Of a stretch of 64,000 bases of DNA, positions 12,713 through 25,344 are shown in pieces. A program made the translations under genes and the position numbers. Positions within the stretch are counted from its first letter, which is position 1, and each line of letters opens with the position of its first letter. The notes under the pieces are model-generated. The model was given only the letters and a program-made list of their open reading frames with translations, did no database searches and was not told where the DNA came from. The stretch comes from Octopus vulgaris (lineage: Eukaryota), in NCBI GenBank assembly GCA_951406725.2, contig OX597818.1, positions 76,446,001 through 76,510,000 of the forward strand, in the 5' to 3' direction.

Positions 12713-13087
12713 TATAAGTTTGCTTAAATATGTTGATCAGACAAGAACCATTGTTTCCAACATGTGGTGGCCATAAATAAATATCACAAGAAATGTATAC
12801 ACAATAATAATGTAACTTTCTTTTGTGCTGTCCTCAAAGTTGCTGGAAAGAGTTGGAAGGATCCCTTCTTGTCTTTTTCACTGAGCTGATTCAGAGAGAC
12901 AGAGGGTTAGTGGTGAGAACCTACCATAGTACTTGACTGGTACTTTGTTTACTGACCCTGAAAGAATGAATAACAAGTATGGCCTTGACATAATTCAGTC
13001 CAAATCCAGCAAACCAGAATATATAAAGTAAATCATTCTAAAAAAAATACCTTAAAGAATCTGTTGGTTACTATGAATGTATGTGTG

Positions 13088-13128
<41 letters not shown>

Positions 13129-13134
13129 CAAATA

Positions 13135-13447
13135 ATGAGAATATTTCATTGTAGAGAGACATGAAGATTGTGGTATCAAGGTGGTATAAGAGAGAACATT
13201 TAGTTGGAGAGAGAGAGGGGGGAGTTGTTTACAGATTTCAATGGAATAAAAGTGAATGTTTAGTTGATGAGAGAGTAAGACTGAAAAACAGTTGTTTACA
13301 GATCTTGATGGAAGAAGAGAGAGAGAGGAAGGAAGTTGTTTACAGACCTTGGTGGGATAAGAGAGAATGTCTAGATGAAAAGAGAAAGGGAGAGAGAGGA
13401 AAACGGTTGAACATAGATTTCAATGGAATAAGAGAGAATGTCCAGTT

Positions 13448-13486
<39 letters not shown>

Positions 13487-13590
13487 AAAAGGGGAAAAAG
13501 GTTGTTTACAGATTTAGATAGAATAAAAGAGAATGTTTAGTTGGAGAGAAAGAGACAGGAAGATAGTTGTTTATAGAGCTCGATGGATTG
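13135..13590. repeat. Degenerate ~45-95 bp purine-rich minisatellite with conserved GTTGTTTACAGA core
   Basis: Core copies at ~13224, 13291, 13335, 13406 (degenerate), 13501 and 13566, separated by gagaatg(t)ttag and (GA)n tracts. Confidence 0.75.
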
Positions 13591-14075
13591 AGTTTACACT
13601 CATGAACAAATAAATATGATTTTATTTCACCAAATATCAATATATTTTAATATCTTGATCAAAGGAAGAAATAAGTGATGCGATTCTGTGAATGGAATTA
13701 AATTACAGATATAAAGTTATGGCATGGAATGGCTTTCGTGATGGCGAAATTGGTTGCTTTATATTGATAACAAATATTCATAAACTACAGATATGCTATA
13801 TTATGGAGGCTGATGTCTATAAATTTATGAAGGTTAAACTGATATATCGCACTTGACAGTGACACTGTTTTAACACTTCAGGAGTAATCTACCATTACAG
13901 AGGGAGTGTAAGAAAGGAAAGAGAGTATGTACATCACAAAATCTATACCAATATAAGATAATATGGTAGGCATTGTAGAGATGTTGACTAAAAGCCTGGC
14001 ATTATTTGTTTGTCCTTAGGTTCTGGTTTCAAATACTTTTACTATTGACTTTTGTCATTTCTCTGTGTCATTTAA

Positions 14076-14874
14076 CCCTTTTGCTTGAGACTGCTCTTAG
14101 TTTCATGATACAAACAGTTGGTTTTAAAAGGATTTCAATTAAAACTTTTCATTAACATTTCATGTTAATTTATGTCCCAAACACCAGCTTAATATCAACA
14201 AAGTTACTTTACTAAATTCTTCTTTATTTTCGAAATTTATTGAAGCAAAGTCAGTGTATCCCAACAGAAATGGTAACAAGACAGTTAATCATGACATATC
14301 TTAATAATACTAAAACTCTAGTTGTTTGTTTGTTCTTGAAATATCTCAGAAATAGTATATTTTATCTTAATTTTTTTTACATATAAGAAAAGAAAGATGT
14401 CGACTTTTTGACATGCACACACACTAACATAGAGAGACATCTTTTTTGTGGAGATTACTTATCATTTCATCATTTCAGATTTAATTCTATTTCATCCATT
14501 TGTCATTTGTAATCCTTTTCACAATTTTCTTCAGACATTAAATTGATTACTATTGTTTGGATAGTTCCAATTAAATAAGTCCAGAAGTTAGGTTAAATAT
14601 ATATATACATGCATAAGTACCATGAATTCCCATTCTATAAACTGGCAAACAATTCTGTGAATACTTTACTGGCAATGCTGGGTAGTAAGTCTAATATTTT
14701 ACTAAAATTTTCATTATTTTAAAACTTAATTGAAACAAAGACAATATATTTTAAAAGAAATATGGTAAGAAAAGCATCAATAATGACAAAGATGTTTCAT
14801 AAAAGTCTTCATTATTTTCAAAATTAACTGAAACAAAGACAATGTATTTCAAAAGAAATATGGTAACAAAAGGG
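14076..14874. mobile_element. piggyBac-like (TTAA) MITE pieces
   Basis: TTAA|CCCTTTTG at 14072 and CAAAAGGG|TTAA at 14867-14878. The right-end module (cattattt...gaaacaaag...gaaatatggtaac) occurs at ~14200-14288 and twice in tandem at ~14695-14878. Confidence 0.55.
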
Positions 14875-15002
14875 TTAACTATATCACAGTCATACACTGT
14901 ATCCATCAAGTGAATTATACTCCACATCTACTAAAACTGTGCAACATGTCATAATATTACAGAAAATGAAAGCCAGTGTTATGTAAAAAAGTGGAATAAT
15001 AC

Positions 15003-15093
15003 GGTACAGGAGTGGCTGTGTGGTAAGTAGCTTGCTTACCAACCAGATGGTTCTGGGTTCAAACTGAAACAAGTAAAAGAGAATAAAAGAGAG
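15003..15093 (+). mobile_element. Internally deleted mini-copy of SINE family A (head fused to tail)
   Basis: caggagtggctgtgtggtaagtagcttgcttaccaacc..ggttctgggttca is joined directly to aactgaaacaagtaaaagagaataaaagag. Confidence 0.8.
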
Positions 15094-15165
15094 TAATAGA
15101 TTAAGAATCTGTTATTTAGTTTTGTCTCCCAACATTGTAAGTTCAGGTATCAGCAGCACCGATTT

Positions 15166-15330
15166 TAGTGTTGTACAGTAGAATATTGTCAAGTTAAATA
15201 ATGGTGTTGTACAATACTGTATTGTATAGTTAAATAGTGTACAGTACTATATTGTATAGTTAAATAAGGATGTTGCACAGTAACTATATTGTATTGTTAA
15301 ATAATGGTGTTTTGTAGTATTATATTGACC
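15166..15330. repeat. ~33-bp tandem repeat, about 5 copies
   Basis: Unit approximately ggtgttgtacagtactatattgtatagttaaataa. Confidence 0.7.
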
Positions 15331-15875
15331 ACAGTATTATAATTAGAATAGTAATAAACTCTTGTCACATATATTATTTTCACTGACTGGGGATGCTATT
15401 TGAAATAATTATTTACTCTGATTAAATAATTAATGGATTAAATCTGATTATATTCACAGGAAAGCATAAACCATAACTGTCACAAGCAAATGAATATGAC
15501 TTGGTAACCTGTACTGTGTTTTCACAAATTGCTTTAGAGGACTGTGTAATCATAGTCAAATATAGCCACAAAGGCACCTTTATGGTCCTTCCACCCTTCA
15601 AGCTGGAAGAACATCAAGGATGTAACAGCTGAAGTGAGAGAAGGCTGCATCATCACTCAGATGGTACTCCTTTTTAACTGAGTAGACTGGAGTAATATGA
15701 AATGGAGAGCTTTGCTCAAGGACACAATACACTGCCTTGTCCAGGAATTGAAGTCGCAACTATATGATCATGAACCCAATACATTACCACCACCTCACAA
15801 GCTTTCCAAACACTCTGCACAGCCATGTTACACCAGGGGGATTATATAATGTCTTCCTGTGAAGGCCCAAATAAC

Positions 15876-16235
15876 ATTTAAAATATTACTACTGACATTC
15901 AAAGCTGTACATGGGCTTGCTCCTCAATACACTAGTGAACTGCTTTTTGTTTATGAATTAACTTGTGTTTGAAATCAAGTAGAAATGGACTCCTCATGGT
16001 ACCAGGTGCTGAAATGAAAGGCTGCAGAGATTGGGCTTTCCTTAAGTTAGCTCCAGTTTGCTGGATTGAGCTTCTTCTGTCTGCAAATTGAACCATCTGT
16101 GTTGGCTTCTACACCAAATCTGAATGTCTGTCTTTTCAGGAAATACTAGCAGTAAACTGCCTTTCAAATTCTTGTGTTTATGTGAGAATATTTAGTTAAG
16201 GTATCTGTGAATGTTGCCATATAAATGTATTATTG
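15876..16235 (+). mobile_element. Old L2-like LINE 3' fragment
   Basis: Hand translation FKILLLTFKAVHGLAPQYTSELL, then degenerate LMVP / D.AF...AP..W motifs typical of L2/CR1-group ORF2 C-termini. Confidence 0.6.
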
Positions 16236-18668
16236 CTTGATGTGCAGAATCATTAGAGCATTAGAAAAATACTTTATGGTATTTATTCTAGTATTTTAAG
16301 TTCAAATCCTGTTAAGTGCTATGATCAGTGGTATCAATCTTTTCCCCAATTTGCTGACCTTGTTTCTCTATTACAAACGGTTATTATTGTTAGGGTGGCA
16401 AGTTGGCAGAATTGTGTAGAGTTTTGCATTTCAGACAGAGTAATATAATGTGCTGTAAAAACAAGAGAATTATGGCATTTTAAGAAGAGAAAGGTTGTGT
16501 CTCATGAGGAAAGGTGAATTGAAGTGCTTCTCCTGAGGATAAAATACATGCTTGGTGCAGAAATTGAAATAGTAGTATTAAGATTGTGAGCCTAACAATC
16601 TAACCACTAGGCTTCATGCCTTCATAAATACATATTTTATATATATATATGTATATATATATACACACAAAATACAACAATACTAAACATAGTAATAAAA
16701 ATAGAAACAGGAAGACAATGTGGTATACTTTATATAGTATAAACTTACCCACAAATATAGCAAGATACTTCCTGGCCCTGATAATTGTACATACCTTCAT
16801 TTCGCACAAATACAACAAACTATTCAACAAAAATTCAATAAAATTTTGTTGCAATTGTTTGGATTGGCTTACAAATCTCCAATCTACAGTTATGAACCTG
16901 GAAACAGCACAACAACATGAAGACATGAATTCATGAATGTGACTAGAGAAATACACAAAACTATCCTCTTACTGGAAATATCTTTTGCCGATTTTGGTGT
17001 TAGAATGACACCATGTAAGATAAACAGAAAATAACTTCAAAGCCTGATATACACAACATATCCATTCGTTTAGATAAAAAAATAAAGATAACTCCACATC
17101 ACTTTAATAATATATATAGATTCTTAAAGATTGAGAAGTAATTGATGCCTTTATGATGTAGAGTTTTGTTGGAAAATCTAGCCATATAATGAAAACAATA
17201 ACCATTCCAAACTATGCATCATGTAAAAATTATGAGATACTGTCTATACTAACTAATGTTTTGAAAAGAGAGATTAAACCTTTTCTATATGTTTGCATAG
17301 AAGAAAAACTAGTTTTTCATCCTTTAAACTTATCCTTGTATCAGATATTGTTGAATTATAAACTGAATTAACTACAACCTCAAAATGCATGTTAGCTATA
17401 TGTAGAAAGCTATTTCTCATTAACAGGAGTAAAATTAACTTTGAGTGAACTCCCCTGAAAAATATAACATTTGTGCTATCTCTATAGTAAAAATACAGTA
17501 TTGGTATTATTTATAAATATAACATTAATGCCATACTTTACCAACTTAGAGAAGTACCAGCTATGTAGAATAACTGAGTTGACTGGGCAACATGGAATGA
17601 TAACTTTGCCTAGGCACACACTGAGCTGCCCAATCCAGGAATCAAAGTCATGAACTCATGATCATGAGCATGCCAACACCTTAACCAAGGGCCATACTTT
17701 AAACATAAGTGTGTAAATTACATTAGTACATTCAACATGCAGTAAGGGTGCACTGGGTACAGAGGTGGCATAAGGAGGTGGAGAGAGAGGAAAGGTGCAA
17801 ATCAAAGGTGTGGACTACCCTGAACAAGTGTTAAGTAGACACTTCAGGTGGTGTTTACAATTTATCGCCAGCACATTGTGTTTATTAAGTAGAGAAGGGC
17901 CATCATCTGTGATTATGGTGATGGCCTCATGTGGGCAAAGCCTGCACCAGTGCCCAGGAGATTGGTAAGGAAAGCTAAGTAATAAAATAAAGCAAATACT
18001 TGAGGAAATTTTTAGGAGTTAGTTCATAAATATAACAAAAGGTAGTTGTATATAGTTTTTCATTATTTACCTATTTACCATAATGAAATAGATCTTGATG
18101 GATTTTGGTGTATTATAAAACAACAATAATTCCACATAATGTGGTTTGACAATTCTTGTTGAATACAGAATTGAAATATGGAAAATTCTAGATATTTATT
18201 TGCAACTGTTTATATGAATGTGTTCATGGAAATGTACATTGATAAGTTAATAAGATAATACAAATATTATATATACAATGTAAATAGATTATTTTATAAT
18301 GTCTTTGTATCAGTGGAATAATCTATATTGTAAGTTTGAATATGTTCAAATAGATAAATGCTTATTGCCAAAGTCAATCAAACAGCCCAAAATTAACTGG
18401 AGAAAGTTCTGTTGAGGCTATGCCAAGATACAAGTTAATTGTAATAAAAATTGAGTGAAATGCAGGTGAACATTTTCTGGCTCTTTATGTTTTAGGTCTA
18501 ATTGCCTTTTGAATTCAACTTTTGACTTTCATCCTTCAGGCTTGGTGTTGAATAACTTACCTATCATTTACTGGGGTTAAATATTAGCTAACTTTCCACC
18601 TCTCTCCTCAAAATTATTTATTTTGTGACCAAATCAGAAACAGTGGCAGGAATGTAAAATGTTTACCA

Positions 18669-18716
<48 letters not shown>

Positions 18717-18793
18717 TTTTAATAAAGCAGCAAAATTCTTCCCAAACTGTTACTCAGAGTTTCTCGAAACATTGCAATAAAGAAAGGAAATAA

Positions 18794-19015
18794 GTAAAGA
18801 TGGAGAGCTGGTTACAAAGGAAATAATTTAATAGCCTTATACATTTCATGCACAAAGGTCCATCATCAGAAGTAAACAACTAAAGAATTATCAATTTATT
18901 TAAGGCTGGTATCCGAATAGATTGATAATTCTTTGATTGTTTACTTGTGATAAGGGCTTTTGCACCTAAAATATATTTAAGAATATAAACGTTGTAAGAA
19001 GCTCTCTGTCTTTAC
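18794..19015. repeat. Imperfect long inverted repeat with a decayed hammerhead motif (Penelope pLTR-like)
   Basis: aagtaaacaactaaagaattatcaatttatt / aatagattgataattctttgattgtttactt around a 15-nt loop. Outer arms are gtaaagatggagagct / agctctctgtctttac. Confidence 0.7.
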
Positions 19016-19030
19016 CTATATATAAAGCTA

Positions 19031-19070
19031 CAAGGTCTGATCAATAAGTATTCGGACTGTTGCCATAGTA
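19031..19070 (+). mobile_element. Orphan mariner TIR (same family as the right TIR at ~44002-44042)
   Basis: TA|caaggtctgatcaataagtattcggactgttgccatagtaa, cut off by (GGT)n. Confidence 0.7.
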
Positions 19071-19575
19071 AGTGGTGGTGGTGGTGGTGGTGGTGGTGGT
19101 GGTGAACTAGCTAACAATGTAGCCAATTAACAAACTGGTTGCTTGATTAATCATTTGATCAATCAATCAACCAGTCAGCTGGCTCGTCAGTATTCCTAAG
19201 GTTGACTAGTAATAAGAATATAATGAAGTGAAATGTAACCAGGGTGTGTTTTAATTGACAAAATGATGCTTCCAAAGTCTAAAATTTAAAGTGCCAAACC
19301 AAAAATGAAAAGCTTTCAAAAAAAAAAAAAAAACTAAAGAATCAAATTAAAGCAAAGAAAAACCAAATGTATAACTTCAAATTGTAATTAAAATTCTTAT
19401 CAAAGTTTCATTCTAAAATGACTATGAAATTTGATGTTAAGTAAAACTTTTTTAATGTTTATTTTTCTAATATTTTGATTTTATTTTTAATCTGTCTGTC
19501 TGTCTGTCTGTCTCTCTGTCTCTCTCTCTCTCTCATAAAAAAAACTCTATGTTGTTTCAATAAATAACTTAACCA

Positions 19576-19985
19576 GGGGCAGGAATTGCTGTGTGGTAAG
19601 TAGCTTGCTTACCAACCACATGGTTCCGGGTTCAGTCCCACTGCGTGGCACTTTGGGCAAAGTGTCTTCTACTATAGCCTTGGGCTGAGCAAAGCCTTTT
19701 GAGTGGATTTGGTAGACGGAAACTGAAAGAAGCCTGTCGTATATATGTATATATGTGTATGTGTGTGTGTGTGTGTTTGTGTGTCTGTGTTTGACCCCCC
19801 AACATCGCTTAACAACCGATGCTGGTGTGTTTACATCCCTGTAGCTTAGTGGTTCAGCAAAAGAGACCAATAGAATAAGTACTAGGCTTACAAAGAATAA
19901 GTCCTGGGATCGATTTGCTCAACTAAAAGGTGGTGCTCCAGCATGGCCACAGTCAAATGACTGAAACAAGTAAAAGAGAAAAGAG
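19576..19985 (+). mobile_element. SINE family A, full length, with 6-bp TSD
   Basis: tRNA-like head with Pol III A-box-like (tgctgtgtggtaag) and B-box-like (ggttcagtccc) motifs, internal (TA)/(TG) tract and gtaaaagag tail. taacca occurs on both sides (19570-19575, 19986-19991). Confidence 0.9.
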
Positions 19986-20237
19986 TAACCAACTGATAAA
20001 TTGGAATTTTAAAAATACATACCACAAAGAAAGAAATAAGTGCTGAGATCAATATGATTTACTAAAACTGTTGAAACTGGTGCTGCAGCATGGCCACAGT
20101 CCAATGACTGAAATTAGTCAAAGAATAAAAATATACACATAAACTACACAATTTAATAGTTGTATTCACACATAGTAGATGAATCTCTGTTGTTTGTAGA
20201 CAATGAACACTCCACTTGTTGAATCAACTCAACTACG

Positions 20238-20470
20238 TCATCATCATCATTGTTTAACATGTTTTCCATACTGGCAGGAGTTGGACTGTTTGACAGGAGC
20301 TGTCCAGGCTCTAATTATCTGTTTTGGCATGGCTTCTACACCTGGATGCCCTTCCTAATGCCAACCACTTTACAGAGTGTGCTGGGTGTGTTTTCGTGTG
20401 CCACCTGCACAAGTGCATTGTATGTCACACTGACATGAGTGCATGTTATGAGGCACCAGCACCTGCAATA
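20238..20470 (-). mobile_element. RTE 3' tail fragment or RTE-tailed SINE
   Basis: (CAT)n plus ctggatgcccttcctaatgccaaccact, shared with the 3' UTR of the LINE at 10011-12214. Confidence 0.7.
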
Positions 20471-21096
20471 CAAAGATCTCTCAGCTGGGAGAGGGAGTGG
20501 GGATATGACCATGCAATTGACCAAGTATACTACAAACATTTTGTACATTTAATGTAATTTTCTGACAGAATCAGTATGACTGTGTTTGTGACATGGCTGG
20601 TTATGTAAATTACAAGTATAGCCTTCACAGTATCCTTCTGATAAAGTTCATAAGGAAAGCATGGATCAATCTGAAGTTATAGTAAAAGACAGTTGCTCAA
20701 GATGCTGTTATGCAATGGGATTGAACCTGGGAATACTAGATTGCAGAGCATACTTGTTAACTCATCAATTCCATTGATAATCCCTTTCCACACTACATGG
20801 TCCTGCATTGCTGTGTTCAGATCTCTAATATCCAGCTTTGAGTCCCGAGATATAGATCTGGAAATGTCAGTTTCCTAGAGAAAACACTTCCAGAGGGATG
20901 CCATAGGAGCAGGGATGAGATAACCTCTTTTTCTGCTCAGTGACAGTGGCCAGCAAATTGTAGCCATTTCTGCTTTTCGTTAACTACTTGGCCATGCCTG
21001 CACTCCCTAACACATGTTTATTGCATTAACACATTTAACATGTGATACATACTCATAGGTGTGTTCAAATCAATGTGATTGTTCGACCTGCTAGAA

Positions 21097-21440
21097 ATCA
21101 TCATCATCATCATTTAATGTCCGTTTTCCATATTGGCATGGGTTAGATGGTTTGTCTGGAGCTGATAAGTTGGAGAGTTGCACCAGCTCCAGTCTGTTTT
21201 GGCTTGGGTTCTATGGCTGGATGCCCTTCCTAATGCCAACCATTCCACAGAATGTATGGGTGTCTTTTACATGTCACTAACATGGGTGCCTTTTACATGT
21301 CACCAGCACAGGTGTCTCTTATGTGTCACTAGCACAGGTGTCTTTTACATGTCAGCAGCATGGGTGCCTTTTATGTGTCAGAAACATGGGTGCCATCCAT
21401 GTATCACTGGCATGGGTGCCATTTATGTATCACCAGCACT
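21097..21440 (-). mobile_element. RTE 3' tail fragment with amplified 26-bp tandem repeat
   Basis: (CAT)n, then gctggatgcccttcctaatgccaacc, then ~7 copies of catgggtgccttttacatgtcaccag. Confidence 0.75.
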
Positions 21441-21509
21441 AACAACAAAATTTACCTAAAATTTCATCCTAATAAGTCTGTTTAATTAGGACAGCCCTGA
21501 GGCTCAGAC

Positions 21510-22505
21510 AGCAACAAAAACAGCTGCCACAATAGTAACAACAACAACAACACTTAGAACCACAGCAGCAGCTGCAGTAACAATAAAATGGCAACAACAA
21601 CAATACTAGCAACACAACAATTGTAAGAATAACAATAATGACAGCAATAACAACGGCAACAACATCAATATCATCCGTGGCAGCAACAGCATAAACAAGA
21701 ACCACGACTGTAGCAGCTGTTGCAACAATGAATATGACAACACAACAATTACAAGAACAACAACAGCAACAACAACCAGAACATACAAATGAACTTATTC
21801 ATGCTACATACAATAATCACAGACACATACCTGCAAGCCTATAAATATTCTGAGATATATGCACACATATACACGTACATCATAAGTAAATATACATGGA
21901 CATATGCAAACACATCCATGCACAAACACATGTATGTACATATGCTCCCATCTATATGCAAAACACACACATACATACATATATATATATATATATACAC
22001 ATACATCATAACCATCCATGCCCTTAGATACATATACATACCCATACTCATCCAAAATACATGCAAAAACACATGTACACACCCATTTGTAGATGTTTAC
22101 ACCCATAGTCAAACATATCAGTATGTATATACAAATATCCACCCACAAACACATACTGCATACACACAAGCATAAACATGCCCACACATTCTTAAACATA
22201 CAAATATGCACACAAACATAAAAGCAAACAATCAAATACACACACGCATACACACAAAATACACACACAGACACAAAACACATATTAACATATAGTCCTA
22301 CATGTACAGAAATAATTATACCATATATAAACATATGTGTGCACATGCATATGTACACAAAAGCTGAGACAAACACATAAACACAAACATATAAACACTA
22401 ACATATGCATTTACATGCATCCCTCCTGTAAATGGTTATACAAATTCATGCAAACGTAGAGACAAACATACACATAACACATACAGAAACACTCACATAT
22501 ATACC
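21510..22505. repeat. Low-complexity (CAA/CAG)n tract followed by a degenerate CA/TA-rich tract
   Basis: Direct composition; accounts for the spurious ORFs here. Confidence 0.85.
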
Positions 22506-22879
22506 CATGATAATAAAATCATGAGTTTGATACCTTGTGGTATGTTGTGTCCTTGAACAAAACACTTTATTCGATGTTGCTCTAGTTCACTCAGCAGGTA
22601 AAAATAAGTTGTACCTCTAATTAAAACAGTCAGCCTTGTCACATTCTGTGTCATGCTGAATCTCCCTGAGAAAACTTTTTTAGGGTATGCATGTCTATTG
22701 AGTACTCAGCTATTTGCACATTAATTATATGAGCAGGCTGTTCTGTTGATTGGATCAAGTAGAACACTCATCATTGTAACTGACGGAGTTAAGAAGGAGA
22801 AAAAAAATGTAATCATATATATATGCATACACACACAAATGCAGAGACAGATACTATGCATTCACATACACACACAGAC

Positions 22880-24042
22880 TACACTTGAAAGAAATGAAGC
22901 TTGTATACTTTGATAGATGTGCAATGACATTGTGCATGTATGACAGAGCGTAAGTGGCTTAAGAGAAAAGTTGGGCATAAGAGGCATCAGATATGGTGTG
23001 CAAGAGAGATGACTGCATTGGTATGGCCATGTGATGCATACGGATACTCTCTCTTTACTTGTTTCAGTCATGTGACTGTGGCCATGCTGGAGCACCGCCT
23101 TTAGTCAAGCAAATCGATCCCAGGACTTATTCTTTGTAAACCTAGTACTTATTCTATTGGTCTCTTTTGCCGAACTGCTAAGTTATGGGGACGTAAACAC
23201 ACCAGCATCGGTTGTCAAGTGATGTTGGGGGGGACAAACACAGATACACAAACATATACACACACATACATATATACATATATATGACAGGCTTCTTTCA
23301 GTTTCCATCTCCCAAATTCACTCACAAGGCTTTGGTCGGCCCAAGGCTATAGTAGAAGACACTTGCCCAAGGTGCCATGCAGTGGGACTGAACCTGGAAC
23401 CATGTGATTCGTAAGCTAGCTACTTACCACACAGCCACTCCTACACCTGGATGTGGACAAATGTATGAAGAAGTGCCGATCTCTAACAATGGAGGAAAGC
23501 TGTAGAAGGGGGAGACCCAGGAACACATGGGAGGAGGTGGTGAAGCAGGATGTTCAAAAATTGGATTTTATGGAGGCAATGACTTAGTAACCGAGACCGT
23601 TGGCCAAGTGAAATCATAGTTTTGGCTGTTGTCAGTATCACATAACTGGTACTCATGCTGGTGGAACATAAAAGGCCCCTTTCGAATGTTGATGCTGCTG
23701 TTGTGTGAACTAGTAACCATACCAATGACACATAAAAAGCTCCTATTGAGAACTGGGCCTCATGGAGGCAATAACAAATGACTAAGTCCTTTGGCAATAT
23801 GCAGTGCTTGAGAAGACCCATCAAGTTGTATCACATACTGGTGTCATGCAATTGGCACCTGTATTGGTGGCACACAAATGCACTTAATACACTCTCGGAG
23901 TGGTTGGTGTTAGGAAAGACATCCAGCCGTAGAAACCATGTCAAATCAGACTGGAGTCTGGTGCAGCTCTTCAGCTCATCAGCTCAAACCATCCAGCCCA
24001 TGCCAGCATGGACAACAGATGTTAAATGATGATGATGATGAT
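22880..24042 (+). mobile_element. Older 5'-truncated copy of the second RTE family, interrupted by a SINE
   Basis: LREKLGIRGIRYGVQER.LHWYGHVMH before 23046 and GRPRNTWEEVVKQD after 23448, then the 3' UTR and (GAT)n at 24027-24042. Confidence 0.8.
23046..23448 (-). mobile_element. SINE family A, full length, inserted in the RTE copy
   Basis: Complete tail-to-head match; ggat on both flanks. Confidence 0.9.
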
Positions 24043-24814
24043 ATATATATATATATATATATCTTATATCTTATTTATATCCTTATAAAAAACAAAGTTT
24101 GTTTGTATGTTGAGCACAGAAAACACTAAATAAAATTGATATTTTAGGTTTTTTGTGTCATTTCAATTACTTTGACCATTTCGCAGATAACTGTACACTT
24201 ATTTTCAAAAAATGGAATGGGAGGAGCCGAATTGGTGGTGTATTGGCTCCTATTTTTAGCAATCCACACTGTCTATTTCACAGTAATGTTTCTTTTTACA
24301 GATAGGGCGTACCTACACAAGAGAGACCTACAGAATTTGTTTCTTCATAACTTTAGAGAAAATTGATATTTTTCAATAAAATTTTCTACAAATATTCTTC
24401 TAATAGTATATATTCCAACTATATTGGAATTTGTCATGCAAACCTTATTTTTTCACTCCCATCAGAACCAAATCGCTTGAATTTTCCGAATCTGCTCTCC
24501 CAACTTGCAGAAAATGCTTTTCACAACAATTCCAATATAATCAGAATCTAAACCATCTGAAACATTGCTGTATAAAATGTCATTGAAAAATATCCATTTC
24601 TCTGAAAGTTAGAAAACAAATTCTGTGGGGCACAGTTGTATAGTTGTGGCTTTAAATGACCATTTTTTTTTTTAATATATGTATACATGCAGGAAGACTG
24701 ACAGTTTTACATTCTGATGTATAAACATAATGCACGTATATTTATATATACCTATATATACATACATTCCTATAATTTTAAACATATAACTCATAGATAT
24801 ATTACAGTTATACA

Positions 24815-25032
24815 AAGCAGCGATCTGGCAGAAACATTAGTTAGCATGCCAAGCAAAATGCTTAGCGGTATTTTATCTGTCTTTACATTCTGAGTTCAAA
24901 TTCTGTCAAGGTAGACTCTGCTTTTCATCCTTTTGGGGTTGATAAATTAGGTATCAGTTGCATACTGGGGTTGATCTAATTGACTGGTCCCTCCCCCAAA
25001 ATTTCAGGCCTTGTGCCTGGAGTAGAAAAGAG
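24815..25032 (+). mobile_element. SINE family B (Meta-domain-like) with 17-bp TSD
   Basis: ctggcagaaac..ttctgagttcaaatt..tttcatccttttggggttgataaa. tatattacagttataca is repeated at 24798-24814 and 25033-25049. Confidence 0.8.
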
Positions 25033-25044
25033 TATATTACAGTT

Positions 25045-25093
<49 letters not shown>

Positions 25094-25164
25094 CATACCA
25101 AAGTAAGCACATAAATGTGAAACAAGTGGGGAAAAAATAGTACTTGAATACCGGAGGTAGAGTA

Positions 25165-25337
25165 ATATGCTTTATTAACAAAGCTGCAAAGACATGACAA
25201 AAACTGTTACTCAGAGTTTCACATTCCTTTTCATCGGACAGTTTTGGTTGAGAATAACTGTCCAACGAACAGATACGCGAAACTCTGAGTAACAGTTTTT
25301 GAGATATCTTTGCAGCCTGATTAATAATAAAGTATAT
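25165..25337. repeat. Inverted repeat made of two hammerhead-like units (Penelope pLTR-like)
   Basis: Perfect 23-nt arms caaaaactgttactcagagtttc (25198-25220) / gaaactctgagtaacagtttttg (25279-25301), with imperfect extensions. Confidence 0.8.
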
Positions 25338-25344
25338 ACATATA

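Noticed and set aside
13135-13590. Conserved short repeats with variable spacers, superficially CRISPR-like
   Set aside because: The spacers are homologous to each other and GA-rich, unit length is irregular, the context is eukaryotic and there are no cas genes.
16890-17014. Possible exon between ctacAG and GTAAGA
   Set aside because: Stops occur in all three frames and there is no homology evidence.
19576-19650. tRNA-like sequence with A/B boxes
   Set aside because: It is the SINE head, repeated in many copies, and does not form a full cloverleaf gene.
24045-24790. Possible Helitron starting TCTTATATC..TATAAAAAAC
   Set aside because: No hairpin/CTAG 3' end was found, so it is left unclassified.
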